A stretch of 64,000 nucleotides of DNA from the NCBI GenBank assembly GCA_036679645.1, contig JAZDCY010000016.1, positions 64,001 to 128,000 of the forward strand, written 5' to 3'. The notes below the pieces were generated by a model. That model was not told the origin of the DNA and made no database searches. It saw nothing but the letters and a program-made list of their open reading frames with translations. The translations under genes and the position numbers were made by a program. This document shows positions 27,618 to 36,320 of the stretch, in pieces (positions within the stretch are counted from its first letter, which is position 1; every line of letters begins with the position of its first letter). The DNA comes from Gemmatimonadota bacterium (GTDB taxonomy: Bacteria; Gemmatimonadota; Gemmatimonadetes; Gemmatimonadales; GWC2-71-9).

Positions 27618-28652
27618 CTACCCTCCAATTTCGAGTATGACTTTTCCGGCCTGGCCTGACCGAATAGCGGCCAGCGCATCGTCGATCTGCTCCAGCCGGA
27701 ACGAGTGCGTGATGACGGGAGTCGGGTCGAGCTGTCCCGTGATGAGAAAGGTGCGCATCTGGTGCCATGTCTCGTACATGCGCCGGCCGATCACGCCATA
27801 GACGGTGATGCCCTTGAAGATGAGGTCGTTCGCGAGGTCCAGCGCCACGGACTCGCGCGGGAGCCCAAGCAGGTTGATCTGCCCACCGAGCCGAACGCTC
27901 TCGAACGCCTGCGCAATAGCGGCCGGATGTCCCGACATCTCGCAGACGAGATCGGCGCCCTCGCCACTCGTTTCCTCTCGCACGCGAGAGACGAGGTCGT
28001 CCCTAGCGGGATTCACGAGGATGTCGGCCCCCATCCGACCTGCCAGTGCCAGCCGCGTCTCGTTGAGATCAGACGCAACAATTCGGTTGGCACCGGCACT
28101 TCGCGCGATGCCGACGGCGAAGCAACCGATTGGCCCACAGCCCAGAATGACGACCGTGCTGCCGGGAACCTCTCCGGACAGAACGGTGTGGAACGCATTC
28201 CCGAGCGGATCCATGATGGCGCCGGTCGTCGTCGGAATACCGTTGAGTGGCATCACGTTGGTCGCCGGCATGGCGATATAGTCCGCGAACGCACCGTCTC
28301 GGTCGACCCCGATGATCTGCGTGCGCTGGCAGATATGTCCGTTCCCGGTGCGACATTGGCGACAATGACCGCAGATGATGTGGCCTTCGGCGGTCACGAG
28401 TTGGCCTTGCGAGAACTCCGCGCCGACGTCGGCACCCACGTCGATGACCTCACCGGCGAACTCGTGTCCGACGGTGAGTGGCGGGCGCAATCTCCCACGT
28501 GACCACTCGTCCCACTCGGCGATGTGCAGATCGGTTCCGCACACGCCGGCGTGGTGCACCCGAATCAGCACGTCGTGCGGCCCGGCGTGGGGTTTGGGCA
28601 CCTCGCACACGTCGAGGCCGGGGCCTGCTGACATCTTGCGGATGGCGCGCAT
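27618..28652 (-). CDS. tdh: L-threonine 3-dehydrogenase
   Basis: CGTDLHI, GHEF, EGHIICGHCRQC, DPLGNAFHT, GCGPIG, GRRMYETW; paired with kbl. Confidence 0.95.
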   Translation of the reverse strand: MRAIRKMSAGPGLDVCEVPKPHAGPHDVLIRVHHAGVCGTDLHIAEWDEWSRGRLRPPLTVGHEFAGEVIDVGADVGAEFSQGQLVTAEGHIICGHCRQCRTGNGHICQRTQIIGVDRDGAFADYIAMPATNVMPLNGIPTTTGAIMDPLGNAFHTVLSGEVPGSTVVILGCGPIGCFAVGIARSAGANRIVASDLNETRLALAGRMGADILVNPARDDLVSRVREETSGEGADLVCEMSGHPAAIAQAFESVRLGGQINLLGLPRESVALDLANDLIFKGITVYGVIGRRMYETWHQMRTFLITGQLDPTPVITHSFRLEQIDDALAAIRSGQAGKVILEIGG

Positions 28653-28662
28653 GAGACCTCGA

Positions 28663-28734
28663 CGGAATGGCGGAATGGCGGAATGGTGCACACGGGTACG
28701 CGTTCGCCCTTCCGGTCTTCCGCCCGTCCGCCCT
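28663..28734. repeat. Paired octamer arrays: (CGGAATGG)x3 and a degenerate (TCCGCCCT)-like x4 in opposite orientation
   Basis: Perfect array at 28663-28686; 28703-28734 reads TTCGCCCT TCCGGTCT TCCGCCCG TCCGCCCT. Confidence 0.75.
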
Positions 28735-29524
28735 AGATAATGCTCCTGGTGAAGCCGCCGTCGATTTGGACAGCCGCGCCGGTAATATACCGTGCGGGTT
28801 CGGAGGCGAGAAACGCGACAGCTGCGGCGAGTTCGGCGGGTTCCCCCATGCGTCCCATTGGGATATCGCCGACGAGTTCGGCCATGATGTCGTCCTCGTC
28901 GCGCCCGCTCTGCGATGCGCGGCGCTCAACCAGCTCCTCCACGCGCCCGGTTCGCATGAACCCGGGGCAGACGACGTTGACTGTGATGCCGGCGTCAGCC
29001 ACCTCGTCGGCCAGACTCTTGGCGAAGCCCAACACCCCAGCACGGGCGGTCGACGAGAGAATGAGTCCGGCCAGCGGCTGCTTGGCGGCGACCGAGGTCA
29101 CGCACACGATCCGGCCCCAGCCCGCGCGGCGCATGACCGGCACGGCGGCGCGGCACAGATGGACGGTGGACAGCAGGTTGAGGTCCAGTGCGGCCTGCCA
29201 GCTTTCGGCGGGTGTGTCCTGAAACGGTGCGGCGGCCGGCCCACCGGCATTGCAGACGAGCACGTCTACTGAACCAAAATGGTGGCGCACCCTGTCGACC
29301 AGGTCTTCCGCCTCGGCCGGCACGCTGACATCGGCGCGGAATCCGGCTACCTCGTCCGTCGTGTGCTTGCGCACGGTCGCCACCGCGGTCTCGAGCCGAT
29401 CGGCGTCCCGTCCGTTGAGCGCGACACGACAGCCCTCGCTGGCAAGGGCCGTTGCAATGGATCGACCGAGTCCCTGCGACGAACCGCAGACGAGCGCCAC
29501 CTTCCCGGCGATCCTCAGATCCAC
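28733..29524 (-). CDS. SDR family oxidoreductase
   Basis: VALVCGSSQGLG, VCNAGGP, SSTARAG (non-YxxxK subtype), VNVVCPG, YITG...IDGG; GTG start after GGGAG. Confidence 0.92.
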   Translation of the reverse strand: MDLRIAGKVALVCGSSQGLGRSIATALASEGCRVALNGRDADRLETAVATVRKHTTDEVAGFRADVSVPAEAEDLVDRVRHHFGSVDVLVCNAGGPAAAPFQDTPAESWQAALDLNLLSTVHLCRAAVPVMRRAGWGRIVCVTSVAAKQPLAGLILSSTARAGVLGFAKSLADEVADAGITVNVVCPGFMRTGRVEELVERRASQSGRDEDDIMAELVGDIPMGRMGEPAELAAAVAFLASEPARYITGAAVQIDGGFTRSII

Positions 29525-29546
29525 GGTACCCTCCCTTCCGTTACCG

Positions 29547-32495
29547 TCACACGGCAGCCGGTGACGCGGCTGGCTCAATACGGACCGCCGTCACCTTGAG
29601 TGCGGCCATCTTCGCGTGCGGTTCGAGCACGGGGCTGGTGAGGAGATTGGCGGCGGCTTCGCGGAAGTGGAACGGGATCCAGACCTGTTTCCGCGCCACC
29701 CGATCGGAGATTCGTACCGAGATCACAATCGCGTTCCGCCGACTGGTGATCCTCGCGAGGTCACCGTCTGCCAGCCCCAACTCCGTGGCGTCGTCGGGAT
29801 GCACCTCCACGATGGCTGTCGGCTCGCGTGCGTCGAGGCCACGTGAGCGACGCGTCATCGTACCCGTGTGCCAGTGGTAGAGTTGGCGGCCCGTGTTCAT
29901 CACGAACGGGAACGAGTCGTCGGGGAGCTCACCCGGATCGGTGTACTCGACGGGGTGGAAGGTCGCTTTGCCGTCGCTGGTCGGGAAAGCTCGCTCGAAA
30001 AGGAAAGCCGTTCCCGGATGATCGTCCGCCGGCACCGGGTACTGGAGCCCCCCATGGCGGAGTCGTGCGTAGCTGACTCCCGCCCACGAGGGCGCGACGG
30101 ACCGGATTTCCTCCATGATGTCGGCGGGTGACGCAAAGTCGGTCGCGAGCCCGACACGCCGTGACAGGTCCACCAGGATCTCCCAATCCGCGCGCGCGGC
30201 GCCGGGCGGCTCGATGGCCTTTTCGGCGAGTTGGATGCGCCGCTCGGTGTTCACGAACGTACCGGTCTTTTCGGCGAATGATGCACCCGGGAGCACGACG
30301 TCGGCGTACCGCGCGGTCTCGGTGAGAAAGAGATCCTGCACCGTGAGAAACTCGACTTCCCGAAACCATGCTTCGGCGTGCGCGATGTCGGGATCGGAGA
30401 TGATCGGGTTCTCGCCCATGATGTAGAGCGCGCGAGTTGGTGATCCGGTGCGGGCCATCTCGGTCACTTTCAGGCCCGGAGTGAGCGACATTGCCTCCGG
30501 ATCGACACCCCACGCCGCCGCGAATTTTTCGCGGTTGGCCGGATCTTCCACCGATTGGTAGTCAGGAAACACGAAGGGAATGGCTCCCATGTCGGAGGCA
30601 CCTTGGACGTTGTTCTGGCCTCGCAACGGCATCATCGCCGCACCCCATCGCCCGATCATTCCCGTGGCGAGAATCAGGTTGAGGAGTGCGGTGACCATGT
30701 CGTGCCCGGTCAGATGCTGCGTCAGTCCCATTGCCCAGAACGTGCTCGTATTGGGGCCGCGCGCGTAGCACTCAGCCGCGCGTCGGATGTATCCTGCCGG
30801 AATACCGGTGATGGTCGCCGCCCGCTCCGGCGTATACGGTGCCACCGCTTCTCGCACGAGGTCGAATGCGTGGGTCCGGGAGGCGATGAACGCCCGGTTC
30901 TCTAGTCCCTCCGCGAGGATGTGATGGAGCATCGCGTTGTAGAGTGCGACATCGGTGCCGGGCAGCATCTGGAGATGGATGTCAGCCCGAGTCGCTAGCT
31001 CGGTCCGCCGGGGGTCGGCAACGATCAGGGAGACGCCCCGCCGATGCGCCCGCTTCAATGCGGCCCCGAACACCGGATGCGTTTCTGTGGTGTTGGCACC
31101 GGCAATGAAGATCACGTCGCAGTCGCTCTCCACCTCCCGCATCGATCCGGATGCCGCCGCGGTGTTCAGCGCCTCCTGCATTGCTGATACGCTCGTCGAG
31201 TGGCAGAGTCGCGTGCAGTGATCGACGTTGTTGGTCCCGAAGGCGCCCCGGAAGAGGCGCTGGAGGAGGTAGTTCTCCTCGTTCGTGCACTTGGCGCTCT
31301 GGAACACCGCCATCGAGTCGGAGCCGTGTTCCGCGCGAATGCGTGTCAATTCCTGGGCGGTGAGATCGAGCGCCTCCTCCCAGGTGGCCTCGCGGAACGG
31401 CTCGAACCAGTCAGCGGGTGTGACGGCCCGGTCGCGGATGTCCATCGTCACGCGCTCGAGCAAGGACAGATCGCGGATTCGCTTGCCCTGCGCACGCGGC
31501 GGGGCGGCGGCGACGTTCGCTTCACCTTCACCCGACATTGAGCGCCACGGACCGGCGCGGCGATCCGCGCCAGTGGGGCCCTCCCACATCCAGCGGCCGT
31601 CCCGCTTGTTCCACCCCCGCCGGATGAGCGGTGACGTCAGTCGGTCCCGATGCTGGGTGAAGTCGTAGCCGAAGCGTCCCTTGACGCAGGTCGACCCATC
31701 GTTCGGCGTCACCTCATCAAAGGAAGGCGATGTCACGCGCGCAATCTCGTTGTCCTTCACGTGGAGATCGACCTGGCATCCGACGCCACAGTACGGGCAC
31801 ACCGAGCGGACCACCCGCTCGGCCTTGATGCGTGCCGTGCCGAACCGCTCTTTCGGCATGACCTCGAAAATCGCGCCGGTCGGACAGACGCGGACGCATT
31901 CGCCACACCATGTGCAGGCCGCCTTGTCCGGATCGCCGTCAGCCCCGACCACGATCTGCGCGTGCTCACCCCGGTGCGCCACATCGAGCACCCCCACGAC
32001 CTGGATGTCCTCGCAGGCTCGTACGCACCGCGTGCAGAGAATGCATAGGCTCATGTCGTGGGCGATCATCGGATCACCGGGCCGCTCGTCGCCAGCACGG
32101 AGCGGAAGTTCGTGGCTGGCCACGGGGCGCGGGGATACGCCGTACCGGACGACGTACTCCTCGAACTCGTTCCGTGCTCCGTCTCCGCCGCTGTTGGTCA
32201 GGTGGTCGCCGGGATACCGCTCGAGCAGGAACTCGAGTACGCCATGGCGCGCGTGCACCGCCTGCTCGGACTCGGTCTCCACGCGCATCCCATCGGTTAC
32301 CGCAGTTGCACAGGCCGGAACCAGTGTTTCGGATCCCTCGACCGACACGACGCAGATGCGACAGTTGCCCACGACGGGCAGCTTGGGATACCAGCAGAGC
32401 GTCGGGATATCGATACAGGCGTCCCGCGCCACATCCAGAATCGTCATGTCGTCGCGCGCGTCGATTGCGCGTCCGTTGATGTGCAGTGTCGGCAT
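29547..32495 (-). CDS. Formate dehydrogenase alpha subunit-like molybdopterin oxidoreductase (Cys-type, with N-terminal Fe-S domains)
   Basis: 2Fe-2S (LC..GNCRIC..PAC), two CxxCxxCxxxC motifs, CPYCGVGC..CVKG, NNVDHCTRLCH, LRGQNNVQG, HWHTGTMTRR. Confidence 0.9.
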   Translation of the reverse strand: MPTLHINGRAIDARDDMTILDVARDACIDIPTLCWYPKLPVVGNCRICVVSVEGSETLVPACATAVTDGMRVETESEQAVHARHGVLEFLLERYPGDHLTNSGGDGARNEFEEYVVRYGVSPRPVASHELPLRAGDERPGDPMIAHDMSLCILCTRCVRACEDIQVVGVLDVAHRGEHAQIVVGADGDPDKAACTWCGECVRVCPTGAIFEVMPKERFGTARIKAERVVRSVCPYCGVGCQVDLHVKDNEIARVTSPSFDEVTPNDGSTCVKGRFGYDFTQHRDRLTSPLIRRGWNKRDGRWMWEGPTGADRRAGPWRSMSGEGEANVAAAPPRAQGKRIRDLSLLERVTMDIRDRAVTPADWFEPFREATWEEALDLTAQELTRIRAEHGSDSMAVFQSAKCTNEENYLLQRLFRGAFGTNNVDHCTRLCHSTSVSAMQEALNTAAASGSMREVESDCDVIFIAGANTTETHPVFGAALKRAHRRGVSLIVADPRRTELATRADIHLQMLPGTDVALYNAMLHHILAEGLENRAFIASRTHAFDLVREAVAPYTPERAATITGIPAGYIRRAAECYARGPNTSTFWAMGLTQHLTGHDMVTALLNLILATGMIGRWGAAMMPLRGQNNVQGASDMGAIPFVFPDYQSVEDPANREKFAAAWGVDPEAMSLTPGLKVTEMARTGSPTRALYIMGENPIISDPDIAHAEAWFREVEFLTVQDLFLTETARYADVVLPGASFAEKTGTFVNTERRIQLAEKAIEPPGAARADWEILVDLSRRVGLATDFASPADIMEEIRSVAPSWAGVSYARLRHGGLQYPVPADDHPGTAFLFERAFPTSDGKATFHPVEYTDPGELPDDSFPFVMNTGRQLYHWHTGTMTRRSRGLDAREPTAIVEVHPDDATELGLADGDLARITSRRNAIVISVRISDRVARKQVWIPFHFREAAANLLTSPVLEPHAKMAALKVTAVRIEPAASPAAV

Positions 32496-32679
32496 ATGCT
32501 CGAATATCCCGCGCTTGCAGCGTTGCTGCAAGTGGGTGGCGCACGCTCAACCCGTTGTGGCGTGCGTGGTTATACCGCAAAAAACTATTGCGCGTTTCCT
32601 CAGCATGTACAATATTGGGCGCGGTCCTCGACCGGCCAATGTGCCGGACCTCGGTCCTCACTCCATGGAGAGGTTGCTC

Positions 32680-33000
32680 ATGGCAGCGAAACGGAAAGCG
32701 AAGAAGGCGGCGAGGAAGACGACGAAACGTCGTGCCGCCAAGAAGCGGACCGCAAAGCGGAAAACCGCCAAGCGGAAGACCGCCAAGCGGAAGACCGCCA
32801 AGCGGAAGACCGCCAAGCGGAAGACTGCCAAGCGGAAGACTGCCAAGCGGAAGACTGCCAAGCGGAAGACCGCCAAGCGCAAGACAGCCAAGCGCAAAAC
32901 GGCTAGGCGGAAGACCGCCAAGCGGAAGACCGCCAAGCGCAAAACGGCTAGGCGGAAGACCGCCAAGCGGAAGACGGCGAAGCGCGCTAAGAGGCGCTAG
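32680..33000 (+). CDS. Histone H1-like Lys/Arg/Ala-rich repeat protein (106 aa)
   Basis: MAAKRKAKK... followed by 15 tandem [K/R]RKTA units; GGAGAGG SD; synonymous codon variation across units. Confidence 0.85.
   Translation: MAAKRKAKKAARKTTKRRAAKKRTAKRKTAKRKTAKRKTAKRKTAKRKTAKRKTAKRKTAKRKTAKRKTAKRKTARRKTAKRKTAKRKTARRKTAKRKTAKRAKRR
32755..32979 (+). repeat. 15-bp tandem repeat (AAGCGGAAGACCGCC consensus) x15, coding
   Basis: Read directly; variation is mostly at third codon positions. Confidence 0.95.
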
Positions 33001-33033
33001 CCACCCTCCCGTAGTAGCGCAGTACGTTGCACT

Positions 33034-33055
33034 GGGGCCGGCTGCTGCCGGCCCC
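33034..33055. terminator. GC-rich hairpin between convergent genes (possible terminator)
   Basis: GGGGCCGGC-TGCT-GCCGGCCCC; no clear U-tract. Confidence 0.4.
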
Positions 33056-33070
33056 GCGACGTTTGGGCCC

Positions 33071-33880
33071 TTAGGGTTTACTCGCGAGAAACCAACGCAC
33101 CTGCCCGCGGGGCGCGCGCTCGCCGATCCAGTCGCGGTATCGGCTCTGCAGCGCCTCGGGCGCGAGGGCGTGCACGTTGGGTGGCGGGGCGTCTGCCGGA
33201 AGAATGAGATGCACGCCACCGCGCACGGTACGGTCTTGCAGCGTGGTGAGCAGTGCGAGGCGAGACGGCGCGTCCAGCGCGCTGAGACTGGCGACGTCGA
33301 GTACGACGAGGCTCGGCGTGATATCCGGAAACCAGTGTCCCAGTTGTACGACCATGGCCTGGAGCCTCGACGCCAGGGCTTCGGTCGCGGCACGCGACTC
33401 GATCGCCTCGATGCCGTGGAGATCCTGTCCTATCACCAGCACGTGGGCGTCGTGTGCCGCGAGGAAGAATCCTGACGGTGCGGCAGCGCATCCGACAATC
33501 AGGGCCAACTCGTCCGCTTCCAACCGCTGCGCCAGGCTGGGAAGCGGCGTGGTTGGTGGTAGCCCCCAGTGAGTGGGCTCTTGTTGCGCCCGCCGCAGCC
33601 GAACGTGTCGATGCTTCCAACGCCGGAAGGTCGGCAGCTTCAGCCGCCGCATGATCAGCCGATCCACGTGCTCGAGCATGAGGACCTCGGTGAGCACGAG
33701 CTGCCCTTCCGGATCCGTCTCGAGTTCCCGGACCGCGTCGTCTGCGAGCGCCAGCAGATCCTGGCGTGAAAGCTGGTCCTTATAGTCTTCGATCCGCTGG
33801 AGGATGAACTCCTCGTACGCCTGCCGGAGCGAGAGCGGACGCGCGGCGCGCCTGTCAGCGGGTGCCGGTGAGGTCAGCAC
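33071..33880 (-). CDS. Hypothetical protein: helical N-domain + degenerate SAM-methyltransferase-like domain
   Basis: ALIVGCAAAPSGFFLAAHDAHVLVIG resembles a class I MTase motif I region, and VRGGVHLI resembles a late strand; overlaps the CDF gene end. Confidence 0.6.
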   Translation of the reverse strand: MLTSPAPADRRAARPLSLRQAYEEFILQRIEDYKDQLSRQDLLALADDAVRELETDPEGQLVLTEVLMLEHVDRLIMRRLKLPTFRRWKHRHVRLRRAQQEPTHWGLPPTTPLPSLAQRLEADELALIVGCAAAPSGFFLAAHDAHVLVIGQDLHGIEAIESRAATEALASRLQAMVVQLGHWFPDITPSLVVLDVASLSALDAPSRLALLTTLQDRTVRGGVHLILPADAPPPNVHALAPEALQSRYRDWIGERAPRGQVRWFLASKP

Positions 33881-34752
33881 GGCTCGACGTGTACGACGAT
33901 CTCCGTGAACTGCAGCTCGGCGCGCAGCCGCAGCTCGACCGCGTCTGCGATCTGGTGCGCCGCCTCTACGCTAGCCTGCCCGTCGACCGCGATCGTGAGT
34001 TCCGCAAATAGCTGTTCCGGCGAGCCACGGGACCGGATGTGATAGGCGCGCTCGACGCCGGGCACGCGTTCCGCGGCATGGCGGATGCGGGTCGTGGGCG
34101 CGACCTGCTTGTCCACGAGCACGGGGACCGACCGACGCACGATGCCGTAGGCGAGTGCGACGATCACGCCCGAGACGAGCAGTGCGACGATCGGGTCGGC
34201 GAAGCCGTAGCCCGCGCGCGAAAAGAGCAAGCTGGCAAGGACACCGGCCGTGATCACGACATCGGCTTTCGTATGTGTGGCGTCGGCGAGCAGGAGGTCG
34301 CTACGGAGCTCTTTCCCGCGGCGGGACTCGTATGCGGCGACGATGGCGTTTATCACGAGCGTTCCACCGAGTATGCCCACTTCCGTGTTCGTGACGTCCA
34401 GTGGCTGGGCGCCGCCTACGAGGCGATGCACCGCGCCCCTCACGAGCTCGAATCCGCTGATCGAGAGAAAGACGACGATCGCCAATGCCCCGAGAGTCTC
34501 GAACTTCGCGTGCCCGTACGGATGATCCTCGTCGGGTGCTTTCGATGCGACCGCGGTCAGCGCGAGCGCGAGCACGTTGTTCATCGCGTCAACCAAGGAA
34601 TGCACTAGGTCGCCCAGAACGGCGAGCGATCCGGTAGTCGTGCCGATGACGAACTTGGCCCCCACGACGACGAGGTTGGCGACGAGGAGGCCGAGCAGAA
34701 CCAGTTTGATCTGCGTCGTACGGTCGCGCGTGGTGGCGCGATCCTGAGGCAT
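33874..34752 (-). CDS. Cation diffusion facilitator family transporter
   Basis: HSLVD, HPYGHAKFE, LLADATHTKAD, AHQIAD, VVHVEP. Confidence 0.94.
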   Translation of the reverse strand: MPQDRATTRDRTTQIKLVLLGLLVANLVVVGAKFVIGTTTGSLAVLGDLVHSLVDAMNNVLALALTAVASKAPDEDHPYGHAKFETLGALAIVVFLSISGFELVRGAVHRLVGGAQPLDVTNTEVGILGGTLVINAIVAAYESRRGKELRSDLLLADATHTKADVVITAGVLASLLFSRAGYGFADPIVALLVSGVIVALAYGIVRRSVPVLVDKQVAPTTRIRHAAERVPGVERAYHIRSRGSPEQLFAELTIAVDGQASVEAAHQIADAVELRLRAELQFTEIVVHVEPC

Positions 34753-34782
34753 GGCCCAATGCTCACTTGGCTGGTGGGATTG

Positions 34783-35955
34783 TCAACCGGAATCTCCGAC
34801 TACACGGAGCAACACCGCCTTGAGGTATCCGGTCTCCGGCACCGTGAGCGTTTCCGGGTGATCCGCCGGCTGGCCGCAGGTTTGTTCCAGGACCACTCGC
34901 CGGCCCGCGTCGGCGGCGGCGTCGCGCAGCATGGCGAGAAAGCGATCGCGCCCCACGTGATAGGAACAAGACGCCGTGAAGAGGTGCCCGCCGGGTGACA
35001 GCAGTCGCAACGCGCGCCGATTGATCTCCCGGTACCCGCGCAGCGCACCGGGAACGCTGGCCTTGTCGCGGGCGAATGCGGGCGGGTCGAGTACCACGGT
35101 GTCAAAGCGTTCGCCGGCGTCGTTCCACTCACGCAGGAGGTCAAAAACGTTTCCTTCGCGCCATCGCACGTTGTCGATGCCGTTCCACACGGCGTTACCT
35201 TCCGCGCGATCCAGGGCGGCGCGACTCTGATCGACGCCGAGCACGTCGGTGGTGGCGGCGGCCATATGGAGCGCAAAGAGACCGTCATGGCAGAACAGGT
35301 CTAGGGCCCGGCCGTGCGCGACAGCGCCAACCAGCGCTCGGTTTTGTCGCTGATCGAGAAACGCCCCGGTCTTCTGTCCGGTAACCGGTGCCGCCCGGTA
35401 ACGAATGTTGCCTTCATGGACTGGGATACTATCGGGGACCTCGCCGCGTGCCTGCTCGACGGCAAGCGGCAGCCCTTCATGGCGGCGTACCGAGGCGTCG
35501 TTGCGCAGGAGGATGCCCCGTGGTTGGAGCTGCTGTTCGACCGCATCGAGCACATCGTCGCGTGCTGTCTCGAGGCCGGCCGACAGGAGCTGGACGACCG
35601 CGTACTCGCCGTACCGATCCACAATGAGGGAGGGCAGGGCGTCGGCCTCACCAAAGGCGACGCGGTACGCACTCGTCGGGGGGTCCAGCGCCGCGCGACG
35701 CCGGTGTGCGGCCTCGAGCCGCGCTGCCCACCACGCCGGATCGATGGCGGTGTCATCGGTCGTGAGCAGACGGAGCCGGATCTCCGAGCGCGGGCTCCAC
35801 AACGCCCGACCGATGAACCGCGAGCGCTGATCGGTGACCCGCACGATCCCCGCCTGCGCCGTTCCGGATACGACGTCGGAGCGGTAGATCCACGGATGTC
35901 CGCGCCGCCATCGCTGTGCTCCGCGTGGCGAGACAACGACCGCGTGCTCGCTCAC
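34783..35955 (-). CDS. RlmI-like class I SAM-dependent rRNA methyltransferase
   Basis: PUA-like GHPWIYRSD, LIVDRYG, GQKTGAFLDQR, VVLDPPAF, TASCS, PETGYLK. Confidence 0.92.
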   Translation of the reverse strand: MSEHAVVVSPRGAQRWRRGHPWIYRSDVVSGTAQAGIVRVTDQRSRFIGRALWSPRSEIRLRLLTTDDTAIDPAWWAARLEAAHRRRAALDPPTSAYRVAFGEADALPSLIVDRYGEYAVVQLLSAGLETARDDVLDAVEQQLQPRGILLRNDASVRRHEGLPLAVEQARGEVPDSIPVHEGNIRYRAAPVTGQKTGAFLDQRQNRALVGAVAHGRALDLFCHDGLFALHMAAATTDVLGVDQSRAALDRAEGNAVWNGIDNVRWREGNVFDLLREWNDAGERFDTVVLDPPAFARDKASVPGALRGYREINRRALRLLSPGGHLFTASCSYHVGRDRFLAMLRDAAADAGRRVVLEQTCGQPADHPETLTVPETGYLKAVLLRVVGDSG

Positions 35956-36308
35956 CGGTCAGGACGCAACGTGGCCGCCTCGTGCAAGTAGATATGTTTG
36001 ATATCGGCGGCAGGCCGGTCGGTTTCGACATGGAGTAGCACGCGAATACAGCGCGGCAGCCCGGTGGCGAGATCCATCTCTGTGGCACCGAGCAGCGCTA
36101 CATCGGTCCACCCGATCGCGCGGGCGGCGCGCGCGGGATACTCGCTCCGCAGGTCGGGCGTCGTGGTGAAGATGGCACTGATGACGTCACCCGCTGTGAG
36201 CGCGTTCGCGTGCACGAGGGCCTCGAGCAGCTCGCGCGTCGCAGCGAGGATCTGGTCCGACGTGTCGTGGTTCGCGACAGTCGCGCCGCGGATGCCGCGC
36301 ACGGCCAT
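35952..36308 (-). CDS. aroH: Chorismate mutase, AroH class
   Basis: MAVRGIRGAT, FTTTPDL, YPARAAR, LPRCIRVLLH, YLHEAATLRPD. Confidence 0.94.
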   Translation of the reverse strand: MAVRGIRGATVANHDTSDQILAATRELLEALVHANALTAGDVISAIFTTTPDLRSEYPARAARAIGWTDVALLGATEMDLATGLPRCIRVLLHVETDRPAADIKHIYLHEAATLRPDR

Positions 36309-36320
36309 AGGAGTTACCTC
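36309..36320. promoter_or_regulatory. Bidirectional ribosome-binding spacer between aroH and thiE
   Basis: AGGAGTTACCTC: AGGAG is 7 nt before the thiE ATG (+), and GAGGT is 7 nt before the aroH ATG (-). Confidence 0.75.

Noticed and set aside
31180..31240. Possible selenocysteine recoding in the formate dehydrogenase
   Set aside because: The active-site position is an ordinary Cys codon (CTRLCH) with no in-frame TGA.
32755..32979. Tandem repeat considered as a CRISPR array
   Set aside because: The 15-bp units are contiguous with no spacers, vary at synonymous positions, and no cas genes are present; it is a coding repeat.
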